Counted from the first letter of the stretch, positions 12,559-24,320 are shown. The stretch: DNA of 64,000 bases from Octopus sinensis (GCF_006345805.1 NC_043022.1:20150001-20214000); one strand, 5' to 3'. Notes: a model not told the origin generated them from the sequence alone. Numbers and translations: made by a program.

Positions 12559-12880
12559 TGCACTCTCATACTCACACACACACACACCTTCACTCTCTCT
12601 GTGTCTGTTTGTCTCTCTCTCTCTCTCTCACACACACACATGCACATTCTTTCACTCTCTCTCACTCTCACTCTCCTTCTCTTTCACTCTGCTTCTCTGT
12701 CTCTCTCTCTATGTTACTTTCACTATCTCACTCTTAGCTTTTTCCTTACTAAAGAGATCATCAACTCCACCTCCACCCCCATCTGTCCACAAATGTCCAC
12801 AAACATATATCTACACAGTCACGTACACTCACACATCAACACACACACACACACACACAAACACACTCACACGTCAGTAA
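12000..12880. repeat. Compound (CA)n/(CT)n microsatellite with ~90-bp higher-order duplication at ~12450-12660
   Basis: Block cacacatgcactctcatactcacacacac...ctctctgtgtctgt recurs. Confidence 0.8.
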
Positions 12881-13084
12881 CAGATGAAGTGATGGTAATG
12901 TCACTATCACCATTGCCATCGTCACAATACAAACGATTCTGTTGAAGTGAGATAATCAATATGTAGATCAATATCACTTATAGAAATCAATCAATCAATC
13001 AGTGTGAGCCAATAATGCATGCTTTCAGATGTCTGCTTAACAGAACAAATGTCTGTTGGGTTGTTTTGTTTTGTTGTCAAGCAA

Positions 13085-13525
13085 TGTTGGACACACACAC
13101 ACATACATGTGACGGGCTTCTTTCAGTTTCCGTCTACCAAATTCACTCACAAGGCTTTGGTTGGCCCGAAACTATAGTAGAAGATACTTGCCCAAGGTGC
13201 CACGCAGTAGGGCTTAACCCGGAACTATGTGGTTGGTAAGCAAGCTACTTACCACACAGCAACTCCTGTGCCTTTATATGTATTTTTTTTAATTAATATT
13301 TAGCAGAAGCAACAAATATTTTGAGTTCTATTTTTCCTGTTTACACTTATACACACACATGTACACACACATACAGTGGGCTTCTTTCAGTTTTCATCTA
13401 CCAAATCCACTCAAAATGTTTTGGTCTGCCTGAGGCTATTGTAGAAGACATCTGCCCAAGGTGCCACACAGTGGGACTGTATCCTGAATCGGATGGTTGG
13501 GAAGCAAACATCTTACCCACACAGC
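13085..13525 (-). mobile_element. Two partial SINE family A head fragments
   Basis: gggcttctttcagtttccgtctaccaaat...ttaccacacagc twice. Confidence 0.7.
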
Positions 13526-14175
13526 TTGATTTGAAATCGGAACACTTAGTTAGTAGTCCTTTGTTCACATAGAAGAAAACTAGCTGAGTAGAAAATTAAT
13601 TGATAATGCTTAACAATGCATGAAGTACAAATTAGTGACTGGTTGGTGACCAAATACATCTTGTAACACTCCCATAGATATAATAACAGGCATCTAGAAA
13701 GTTCTATATATGATATGATATTGGCTTATGACTCAGTTTTCGATATGGGTGTGTGGTGGTTCAGAAGTTTGCTCTACAAAATCACACGGTTTTGGTTTCT
13801 GTTGCATTACTTGGTACTTTGGGCAAGTATTTTCTACCATAGCCTCTGACCTTGTGAGTGAAGTTGGTTGATGGAAACTAGGAGCAACATGTCCTCTGTA
13901 TCATCATTATCACCATTATCATTTGATGTCCTCTTTCCATGAGATTTGACTCTTATTTCTAGCAATCTAAATGATCCTATGAATGCTTGCTTCTCCATTA
14001 CTGCCACAGTTTTCTATAACATCTCATCACATTGGTATATAAATACATCACATACATTTTAACTCAGTGGTTCTCAACTGGAGTTCATATGGTCCTTGGG
14101 GTCCACATAAGATTACATTGTGAAAATTTATCTCCAATACACTTCTACAAATATCTTAATTTCTTATACAATTCC

Positions 14176-14330
14176 TAATAATCATTATCATCATTTAACA
14201 CCCACTTTCTGTGCTGGCATGGGTTGAATGGTTTGGCATGGAGCTGGCTAGCTGGGACTGTCCAGATTCCAGCTGTCAGTTGTGGCATGGTTTCTACAGC
14301 TGGATGCCTTTCCTGATGCTGTGTGGCACT
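14176..14330 (-). mobile_element. RTE-LINE 3' end fragment, diverged
   Basis: (cat)n tail plus gctggcatgggttg motif. Confidence 0.6.
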
Positions 14331-14610
14331 CGCATGCGTATGTGTCTTTGTCTCTGAGTTTCTCACTGCACACTGCTTAACAGTGTGTGTGTGTTCCCTG
14401 TAATTTAGCAGTTAGGTAGAATCATTAGTGTACTGCACAAAGTGCTTAGTGGCATTTTATCTGTCTTGACACTCCAAGTTTAGATTTCGCTGGGGTTCAC
14501 TTTGCCTGTCATCCTTTCGAGATTGATAAGGAAAGTACCAGTGAAATTCTGGGGTCAATGTAATTGACTAGCATTGTGCCTATAGTATTATTATTATTAT
14601 TTTATTATTA

Positions 14611-14998
14611 CTCTTTTACTCTTTTACTTGTTTCAGTCATTTGACTGCGGCCATGCTGGAGCACTGCCTTTTAGTCGAGCAAATTGACCCCAGGACTTAT
14701 TCTTTGTAAGCCTAGTACTTATTCTATCGGTCTCTTTTGCCGAATCGCTAAGTAACGGGGACGTAAACATACCAGCAGCGGTTGTCAAGCGATGTTGGGG
14801 GGACAAACACAGACACACAAACACACATATATACATATATATATTTATATATGACAGGCTTCTTTCAGTTTCCGTCTACCAAATCCACTCTCAAGGCTTT
14901 GGTCGGCCCGAGGCTATAGTACAAGACACTTTCCCAAGGTGCCACGCAGTGGGACTGAACCTGGAACCGTGTGGTTGGTAAGCAAGCTACTTACCACA
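14611..14998 (-). mobile_element. SINE family A
   Basis: High identity to other copies. Confidence 0.9.
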
Positions 14999-15210
14999 CC
15001 TTATTATTATTATTATTATTGTTATTACGTGCAGTGCACCTCTTCAGGCAAAGTTGATTTCATGCAAGGATTGAGCTAATGTACAACACATACATTGGAT
15101 CAATATAAACAAATTATTTGTGCAGATTGTTTGGCAAAAGCTGAACAATCATATGTTGTCTTCAAACAGGAGAGTCCCTCATCATCATCAGCATCGTCAT
15201 CATCATTATT

Positions 15211-15610
15211 ACTCTCTTTTACTTGGTTCAGTCATTTGACTGCGGCCATGCTGGAGCACCGCCTTTAGTCGAACAATCGACACCAGGACTTATTCTTTGT
15301 AAGCCCAGTACTTATTCTATCGGTCTCTTTTGCCGAACCGCTAAGTGACAGGGACATAAACACACCAGCATCGGTTGTCAAGCAATGCTAGGGGGACAAA
15401 CACAGACACACAAACACACACATACACATATATATATACATATATACGACGGGCTTCTTTCAGTTTCAATCTACCAAATCCACTCACAAGGCATTGGTCG
15501 GCCCGGGGCTATAGCAGAAGACACCTGCCCAAGATGCCACACAGTGGGACTGAACCCGGAACCATGTGGTTGGTTAGCAAGCTACTTACCACACAGCCAC
15601 TCCTGCGCCT
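15211..15610 (-). mobile_element. SINE family A, full length
   Basis: High identity to other copies. Confidence 0.9.
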
Positions 15611-15866
15611 ATTGTTATTATTATTATTTTTTGGAATCAGTAGACTGTCTCTCAAAAATTACTTTGTACTTTATTAGTCTTCTTCGTCTGTGTTCTGTAT
15701 CTAAATCCCAGTGTGGCAACTTTGTATTGTATTCTTCTTGCGTTGATAAAATAAAGTACAAGTTTAAACATACACCACAAACAAACAACTTTTACTCTCT
15801 GCATATTCTTCTGTGTATGTCTCTCTTTCTTTGTTTCTTTGTCTTTCTAGCTTATTTCCCCTCTTC

Positions 15867-15929
<63 letters not shown>

Positions 15930-15947
15930 TATATATATATATATATA

Positions 15948-16005
15948 ACTTCTCAGTCTTATGGCTAAGATCAACATCTAATATCTACTCTTATCAGTTT
16001 AATAT
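15948..16005 (+). pseudogene. Degenerate 5' fragment of U2 snRNA
   Basis: acttctcagtcttatggctaagatcaacatctaatatctactcttatcagtttaatat resembles U2 nt ~4-60 (GCTTCTCGGCCTTTTGGCTAAGATCAAGTGTAGTATCTGTTCTTATCAGTTTAATAT). Confidence 0.7.
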
Positions 16006-16034
16006 ATATGCATGTGTGTGTATATATATAATAT

Positions 16035-16084
<50 letters not shown>

Positions 16085-16379
16085 TATGTGTATATATACA
16101 TGTGTATGTATCTAAATGCATATGTATATGTGCGTATATACACACACATATATATCTGTGTTAGTCTGCATATGTGTGTGTGTGTGTATTTCTCATCAGC
16201 TATCTCTTTCTGCCCCTTTCTCCACTAGTGATCTCTTTTCCTAATGTCCATTGAGATTTCTTATTTGATATCAAGAGCAGAAAAAGCAATCTCCTTTGAG
16301 GATTCAACCAGATATCTACAGATATCAGCAGATATCACTATAGATATTATCAGACAGTAATACAATATTTGCTACTCAA

Positions 16380-16760
16380 AGATTGGTGATAGAATTTGGT
16401 GTTGAATTGAAAGGTTGGGTATAACTAGCACACAGAATCCGAAGAGATTGATGTTGGTCTGTGTCAGCAGGACTTGTGTTATCTAGTAAAATCGAGAAAA
16501 AGAATCCAGCAAACATGTCATAGGAAATGGAAAATCCATTCCAGACAGAGCTTTTTTTTCAAGGAAATGTTGACAGGAACTTACATACATACCTATGCTG
16601 AACTATTGAGAAATTTACAGTTACTCTTCTCAGATTACAAATATTTATTGGGTCACTGGGATATGGAACACACAGTCTAAGTATCAATCTTGAGAAATCA
16701 GGCTTCTCAAAACCAGAAAAGAGATAACTGATACAAAGACTACAGCTCCAAGCCATCACT
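16380..16760 (+). pseudogene. Decayed RLE-type (R4/Dong-like) non-LTR retrotransposon 3' fragment
   Basis: YAELLRNLQLLFSDYKY resembles YGQLFQNLQLLYPDYKF at 40300-40615. Confidence 0.45.
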
Positions 16761-16763
16761 GGA

Positions 16764-16986
16764 ACTCTTTACTCTTTTACTCTTTTACTTGTTTCAGTCA
16801 TTTGACTGCAGCCATGCTGGAGCACCGCCTTTAGTCGAGCAAATTGACACCGGGACTTATTCTTTGTAAGCCCAGTACTTATTCTATCGGTCTCTTTTGC
16901 CGAACCGCTAAGTGACGGGGACGTAAACACACCAGCATCGGTTGTCAAACAATGCTAGGGGGACAAACACACACACACAAACACAC

Positions 16987-17029
<43 letters not shown>

Positions 17030-17190
17030 TATGACGGGCTTCTTTCAGTTTCCGTCTACCAAATCTACTCACAAGGCTTTGGTTGGCCCGAGGCTATAGT
17101 AGAAGACACTTGCCCAAGATGCCACACAGTGGGACTGAACCCGGAACCATGTGGTTGGTAAGCAAGCTACTTACCACACAGCTACTCCTG
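16764..17190 (-). mobile_element. SINE family A, full length
   Basis: High identity to other copies. Confidence 0.9.
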
Positions 17191-17877
17191 TAAAAATTTG
17201 TAAAACTTTTCAGAAGTTTATCATTTAAGTATATATGTGCATATTCAGACATGCAACTAATATGCATGAGAATACATATATAAAACAAAATATACAAATC
17301 TGCACATGCACAGACTCCAAATACTGCACACATATATGCATACATGCACAAATACCCTGTTTATGTTGGTGAAATTCCAATGAAGGGGCCTTGGATCTAG
17401 GTTAGAAAGCAGCTCTTTATTGACAAGAAATCTTGAAATAAAATTGAATAATGACATACATGCACATATACATACAAACATACATTTTCAGAAAGAAAAA
17501 TTGACTGGCTGATTCGTACATTACAAGTCCAATTTGTGAGTAGAACAGTAAAAATATGCAAGACTTTGTATCTTTGTTGGAAACCGGCTCCCTTCTCAGT
17601 GGAAGATTTATAATAATTAACAAGTAGAAGAGACATACATACATATCTCGTGTCTTGGGAGGGTCATTACATCAATAAATAATTATACACACTGGTTCAA
17701 TATCACTTTTGTTAATCAGTTAGTTAAATATTTAACCAACCAACTAATTGATTGTTTGCTTAGTTAAACAATCTGTCAGTTGTTTGTTAGTCAAAGTTCT
17801 TTTGTCACTGCTTGCAACCTTTCATTGACTTCCCTCTCTCTCTCCAGAGTCTGCTCTGCTCATATATATATATATAT

Positions 17878-18232
17878 TATATCATCATCATCATCATCGT
17901 TTAACATCCGCTTTCCATGCTAGCATGGGTTGGACGGTTCAACTGGGGTCTGGCAAGCCCGAAGGCTGTACCAGGCCAGTCAGATCTGGCAGTGTTTCTA
18001 CAGCTGGATGCCCTTCCTAACGCCAACCACTCCGGGAGTGTAGTGGGTGATTTTATGTGCCACCGACACAGGTGCCAGACGAGGCTGGCAGACGGTCATG
18101 CTCGAATGGTGTTTTTTATGTGCCACCGACACAGGTGCCAGACGAGGCTGGCAGACGGCCACGCTCGGATGGTGTTTTTTATGTGCCACCGACACAGGTG
18201 CCAGACGAGGCTGGCAGACGGTCACGCTCGCT
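17878..18232 (-). mobile_element. RTE-LINE 3' end with about three 63-bp tandem units, truncated next to the PLE
   Basis: caccgac at 18061, 18124, 18187. Confidence 0.8.
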
Positions 18233-18312
18233 TCCCAATATATATATATATATATATATATATTGGTGAATTGAAGAAATGGAGCTGAACGCAGATTGAA
18301 CAGAAATCGTTT

Positions 18313-18404
18313 TATTTCATTCTACACGTGTTTCGAAAGGCACAAATTACCAAAATCCGAATGAATAATGGGACCATATTGTGTCTTTCTCTTCAGGAAG
18401 AAAA
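18313..18404 (-). ncRNA. Type I hammerhead ribozyme motif in PLE terminus (left arm)
   Basis: Mirror of 23289-23380: CTGAAGA, stem II, GAAAC-ACGT-GTA. Confidence 0.7.
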
Positions 18405-19015
18405 AAGGAAATCCGTTGGAAAAACAAAAAAACAGAACAGAGGCAGAGCAAAAAACAAATCGAACTGTGCTCCTAAGAGCCCATGGCGAAACTGTTTATC
18501 AGTGTATGTTGAGAACCGGTGGCTGAAGAATTCAACAGGTCAGGCATCGGTCAAACATGTGGGTGAGGGTGTATAGATGTTCTTTGTGACCGAGAATAAA
18601 GTTCTGACTATTTAAAGAATATTGGATGTTTTATAAGGGGCGAGAAAAAATCTACTTAGAGACGTGTGTGTGGTATACTGTTCTATATATGTGTGTGTTG
18701 GCGTAGGGGTAGAAAACATTTTTTGTGTACGTGTGTGCGTTTGATCGTTCGGCTGTCAGTGGCTACTGCCGTGATAACCGTTGGGTGGCAGAAAGAAAAA
18801 AAAATAAAGAAATTATATATATATTTTATGTTTTATGTGTGTGTGTGTGTGTTCATCTAAGCCTACCTTGACAAGGAAAACCCCCCGCTGTGAAAAAACA
18901 AGCCCCGTTTGTCTTACAGGAGTAATTTCCCTTGCAGTGGTTAAATGTAGATATCTTAAAATCTATTTCAGAATTTGTTACCAAGGGCTATGGGTGCCGG
19001 TCTTATTTATAAACG

Positions 19016-20848
19016 CTATTTAAAGGCCAGATAAGTGTAACGCCGCCAATGGGGGCATCGAAAAGCCGACTGTAAGAGCCCGTTTACCATCCGGCCTCTG
19101 GCAAACAAAATATGGAAGAGTTCGGAGACACAAAGGTTGCACTGTCTTCTGCCCCTATCAAATGGGAGGGCCACCGACAAAATTGACCATTCCAGCCTAT
19201 AGCTTAAGTTCGCATCCTTCAGTCGCCATATTAGCTTACTGAGTCCCGTGGTCTGGCGCTTGTTCACGTCCCGAAAAGTTGCGTAATGGTTGGAGACACG
19301 CAAAGACAATCTTGAGGATGATGCCCCTATATAAGTGAAGGCATCTGAGTCCGTGTAAAACTTGCATTGGTAGACGGCGTTTTTGATCTTGGAGTTCGCC
19401 GACGTGAATCTTACTCTGCTAGGATTGGTTTCTGAAATTAGAACTGCGTTCCTGTCACTATATTCGTTCCGAGACCTGCAGCCGCTTACTACTCTATTTT
19501 CCACTACGTCACTATTAACTATAGGAATAACCCCTGATTCTCCACTATCTATCAGAGTGCTGTCATTGCTACTGCCGTGGTACTGCTATTGCGGGAAATG
19601 ATGCTGGGGATGCTAAAGGGGCTCTCTACCCTACTCCCATTGTTACCATCAACCACAACACCCCTATTTATAACTATACCCCTAGTGGGTACTCCCTGGC
19701 TGGAGCTGAGATTATGTGTCACTGTACTGGCTCTCATATCATTATTACTACTATAATTATTCCTACTGAGCATTAAGCCGGGAGCGGAGAGGGCTGTGCC
19801 TCCGGAAAAAGGTGATAGGGTCTTAGTAAGTAGCCTATTATTATGGGAGGCGATATATCTGGGCGAGGTTTTTAGTGTTGGAGAAAGCTATCCTAACTTT
19901 ATGTGAGTTAACCGTGGAGTAATATTTGGAATTTCTGGGGAAGTTATTGGCGATGGCTTGTCTAAACATGAGGGGGAGGTTAGTTCTAATCTGCTTACCA
20001 AAGGGGATTACAAACCATATATGCTTATTCCTATCAGTGTGATGGGTCGGGACGCCAGCTCTCGCATTTGGGTGGGTGATTCTCGGATGAATAACGGGTC
20101 TTGGGTTAGTGTAAGACCTCCCGGACCGATAATTATCCTTGTTCGCTAAATTAAATGCGGGAGCGACTACCCCGGTATCCGCCGCGCTCCCGTCCTTACT
20201 TAAAATGTTAATGTTATATATACGGCCCTATCCTGATGACCGAATGATGGCATCGAAGGGCCGGATCATAAAAATTACCTTCTGCCTATAACCGGCCTTG
20301 GATAGTGCGGCGTTATAAAAATCCGCTTTCTGCATAAAAATATCGGCACTGGCGGACAGGCCAGACAATCTTAGAGAGATGTTTTTAACCAAATTGTCTG
20401 TTACGGTTTTGGCATGATTTGAGAAGACACTGACATACTTCAAATTGGTGGAAGGCTTATGGTAAGGGCAGTATGAGTCGCTATTAAGGTTAAGTGTAAC
20501 GTCTAGGAAATTAGCCTTGGTGAGTTCGTTATCAAAAACTATACTCATGCCCATTCTATTAAAAAACCTAGCTAACCTGCTCTTAGTTTTCTGCACTATT
20601 CTGTTCGTGGTGTTTTGCAGGTAAAACAGACAATCGTCACGATACAGGCCGCCCGCGATTTCCGGAATTGATCGGACAATTCGTAGAGAATATATATTCC
20701 GACCAAATCGGCTATCTGCGCACTATCCGAACTACCCATAGGCACATCAAATTCATTGGGAGTATCCTTACGGATCCACAGCTTATTATCAAACTTAATA
20801 AACGATTTCCTGGCAACTAAAATGATATCTACCTCTTCTCTGGTGAGG
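19016..20848 (-). pseudogene. PLE RT-GIY-YIG polyprotein, left arm, frameshifted
   Basis: LTREEVDIILVARKSFIKFDNKLWIRKD...FDVPMGS...GLYRDD...FLDVTLNL...NAVYQC...YIGASS...R...H...LSKLIWRLKD...CNLCVSE. Confidence 0.85.
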
Positions 20849-22678
20849 CCTCACCAGAGAAGAGATAGATATCATTTTAGTTGCCAGGAAATCGTTTATA
20901 AGTTTGATAATAAGCTGTGGATCCGTAAGGATACTCCCAATGAATTTGATGTGCCTATGGGTAGCTCGGATAGTGCGCAGATAGCCGATTTGGTCGGAAT
21001 ATATATTCTCTACGAATTGTCCGATCAATTCCCGGAAATCGCGGGCGGCCTGTATCGTGACGATTGTCTGTTTTACCTGCAAAACACCACGAACAGAATA
21101 GTGCAGAAAACTAAGAGCAGGTTAGCTAGGTTTTTTAATAGAATGGGCATGAGTATAGTTTTTTTGATAACGAACTCACCAGGCTAATTTCCTAGACGTT
21201 ACACTTAACCTTAATAGCGACTCATACTGCCCTTACCATAAGCCTTCCACTAATTTGAAGTATGTCAGTGTCTTCTCAAATCATGCCAAAACCGTAACAG
21301 ACAATTTGGTTAAAAACATCTCTCTAAGATTGTCTGGCCTGTCCGCCAGTGCCGATATTTTTATGCAGAAAGCGGATTTTTTATAACGCCGCACTATCCA
21401 AGGCCGGTTATAGGCAGAAGGTAATTTATATGATCCGGCCCTTCCGATGCCATCATTCGGTCATCAGGATAGGGCCGTATATAATAACATTAACATTTTA
21501 AGTAAGGACGGGAGCGCGGCGGATACCGGGGTAGTCGCTCCCGCATTTAATTTAGCGAACAAGGATAATTATCGGTCCGGGAGGTCTTACACTAACCCAA
21601 GACCCGTTATTCATCCGAGAATCACCCACCCAAATGCGAGAGCTGGCATCCCGACCCATCACACTGATAGGAATAAGCATATATGGTTTGTAATCCCCTT
21701 TGGTAAGCAGATTAGAACTAACCTCCCCCTCATGTTTAGACAAGCCATCGCCAATAACTTCCCCAAAATTCCAAATATTACTCCACGGTTAACTCACATA
21801 AAGTTAGGATAGCTTTCTCCAACACTAAAAACCTCGCCCAGATAATCGCCTCCCATAATAATAGGCTACTTACTAAGACCCTATCACCTTTTTCCGGAGG
21901 CACAGCCTCTTCCGCTCCCGGCTTAATGCTCAGTAGGAATAATTATAGTAGTAATAATGATATGAGAGCCAGTACAGTGACACATAATCTCAGCTCCAGC
22001 CAGGGAGTACCCACTAGGGGTATAGTTATAAATAGGGGTGTTGTGGTTGATGGTAACAAGGGAGTAGGGTAGAGAGCCCCTTAGCATCCCCAGCATCATT
22101 TCCCGCAATAGCAGTACCACGGGCAGTAGCAATGACAGCACTCTGATAGATAGTGGAGAATCAGGGTTATTCCTATAGTTAATAGTGACGTAGTGGAAAA
22201 TAGAGTAGTAAGGCGCTGCAGGTCTCGGAACGAATATAGTGACAGGAACGCAGTTCTAATTTCAGAAACCAATCCTAGCAGAGTAAGATTCACGTCGGCG
22301 AACTCCAAGATCAAAAACGCCGTCTACCAATGCAAGGTTTACACGGACTCAGATGCCTTCACTTATATAGGGGCATCATCCTCAAGATTGTCTTTGCGTG
22401 TCTCCAACCATTACGCAACTTTTCGGGACGTGAACAAGCGCCAGACCACGGGACTCAGTAAGCTAATATGGCGACTGAAGGATGCGAACTTAAGCTATAG
22501 GCTGGAATGGTCAATTTTGTCGGTGGCCCTCCCATTTGATAGGGCAGAAGACAGTGCAACCTTTGTGTCTCCGAACTCTTCCATATTTGTTTGCCAGAGG
22601 CCGGATGGTAAACGGGCTCTTACAGTCGGCTTTTCGATGCCCCATTGGCGGCGTTACACTTATCTGGCCTTTAAATAG
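20849..22678 (+). pseudogene. PLE RT-GIY-YIG polyprotein, right arm, frameshifted
   Basis: RT (YRDD), thumb, KHIWFVIPF motif, S/N-rich linker, GIY-YIG; stop at 22678. Confidence 0.85.
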
Positions 22679-23288
22679 CGTTTATAAATAAGACCGGCAC
22701 CCATAGCCCTTGGTAACAAATTCTGAAATAGATTTTAAGATATCTACATTTAACCACTGCAAGGGAAATCACTCCTGTAAGACAAACGGGGCTTGTTTTT
22801 TTTTCACAGCGGGGGGTTTCCTTGTCAAGGTAGGCTTAGATGAACACACACACCACACATAAAACATAAAATATATATATATAATTTCTTTATTTTTTTC
22901 TTTCTGCCACCCAACGGTTATCACGGCAGTAGCCACTGACAGCCGAACGATCAAACGCCACACGTACACAAAAAATGTTTTCTACCCCTACGCCAACACA
23001 CACATATATAGAACAGTATACACACACACACGTCTCTAAGTAGATTTTTTCTCGCCCCTTATAAAACATCCAATATTCTTTAAATAGTCAGAACTTTATT
23101 CTCGGTCACAAAGAACATCTATACACCCTCTCACCCACATGTTTGACCGATGCCTGACCTGTTGAATTCTTCAGCCACCGGTTCTCAACATACACTGATA
23201 AACAGTTTCGCCATGGGCTCTTAGGAGCACAGTTCGATTTGTTTTTTGCTCTGCCTCTGTTCTGTTTTTGTTTCCAACGGATTTCCTT

Positions 23289-23380
23289 TTTTCTTCCTGA
23301 AGAGAAAGACACAATATGGTCCCATTATTCATTCGGATTTTGGTAATTTGTGCCTTTCGAAACACGTGTAGAATGAAATA
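23289..23380 (+). ncRNA. Type I hammerhead ribozyme motif in PLE terminus (right arm)
   Basis: Stem I ttttcttc/gaa(t)gaaa; core CTGAAGA 23297-23303; stem II gaaagacacaa/ttgtgcctttc; GAAA 23359-23362; palindromic stem III acacgtgt; GUA cleavage triplet ending 23370. Confidence 0.72.
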
Positions 23381-23618
23381 AAACGATTTCTGTTCAATCT
23401 GCGTTCAGCTCCATTTCTTCTTCACCACCAATAATGTTTTAATTTCAATTATCCGCACCAACGCACGGTTGCAACGCCAGATGGTTGTACCTCCAACCGT
23501 GCTGTTCACTGCTGTGATTTTTGCTACTAAGGTATCGGTTAAACTTTTGATTAATCTACTACAAGATTATTCATCTTTCTATTTCACATAAATATATATA
23601 TATATATATATTATATAT

Positions 23619-23661
<43 letters not shown>

Positions 23662-23687
23662 TTATTTTTATATATATATATATATAT

Positions 23688-24320
23688 ATCATCATCATCA
23701 TCATCATCATCATTTAACGTCCGCTTTCCATGCTAGCATGGGTTGGACGGTTCAACTGGGGTCTGGGGAGCCCGAAAGCTGCACCAGTCAGTCAGATCTG
23801 GCAGTGTTTCTACAGCTGGATGCCCTTCCTAACGCCAACCACTCCGAGAGTGTTGGGTGATTTTATGTGCCACCGACACAGGTGCCGACGAGGCTGGCAA
23901 ACGGCCACGCTCGGATGGTGTTTTTATGTGCCACCGACACAGGTGCCAGACGAGGCTGGCAGACGGCCACGCTCGGATGGTGTTTTTATGTGCCACCGAC
24001 ACAGGTGCCAGACGAGGCTGGCAGACGGCCACGCTCGGATGGTGTTTTTATGTGCCACCGACACAGGTGCCAGACGAGGCTGGCAGACGGCCACGCTCGG
24101 ATGGTGTTTTTATGTGCCACCGACACAGGTGCTAGATGAGGCTGGCAAACGGCCACGATCGGATGGTGCTTGTTACGTGCCCACAGCACGGAGGCCAGTC
24201 GATGCGGTACTGGCTACGGCCACGTTCGGATGGTTTTCTTATGTGCCCCGTGCCACCAGCACTGGTACCACAAAGATACAAATTCCATTGATGTTCATTT
24301 GTTTTGATTTTCACTTGATA
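23688..24320 (-). mobile_element. RTE-LINE 3' end with about five 62-bp tandem units (23862-24170)
   Basis: aggtgcc at 23941, 24003, 24065, 24127 (period 62). Confidence 0.85.

Larger units (their letters stand above)
18261..20848 (-). mobile_element. Penelope-like element, left arm (5'-truncated RT + GIY-YIG + 3' terminal region)
   Basis: Reverse complement of 20849-23432; ORFs 20228-20596 (RT thumb, FLDVTLNL...PYHKP) and 19016-19504 (GIY-YIG). Confidence 0.92.
20849..23432 (+). mobile_element. Penelope-like element, right arm (further PLE-like sequence probably continues to ~23590)
   Basis: ORF 20756-21187 contains FDVPMGSSDSAQIADLVGIYIL...GGLYRDDCL (PLE RT motifs B/C); ORF 22193-22678 is a GIY-YIG endonuclease. 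Confidence 0.92.

Noticed and set aside
18328-19023. ORFs in the PLE terminal region (MFRKAQITK..., MCGILFY...) and antisense ORFs over RT
   Set aside because: Short, antisense or in non-coding terminal sequence; duplicated only because of the palindrome
18261-23432. Palindrome as a pure fold-back sequencing chimera
   Set aside because: Not favoured because the outer flanks are not mirrored and smaller PLE-type fold-backs occur nearby; not fully excluded without raw reads
23862-24170. Regular 62-bp repeats resembling a CRISPR array
   Set aside because: Units are contiguous with no unique spacers; eukaryotic context; no cas genes
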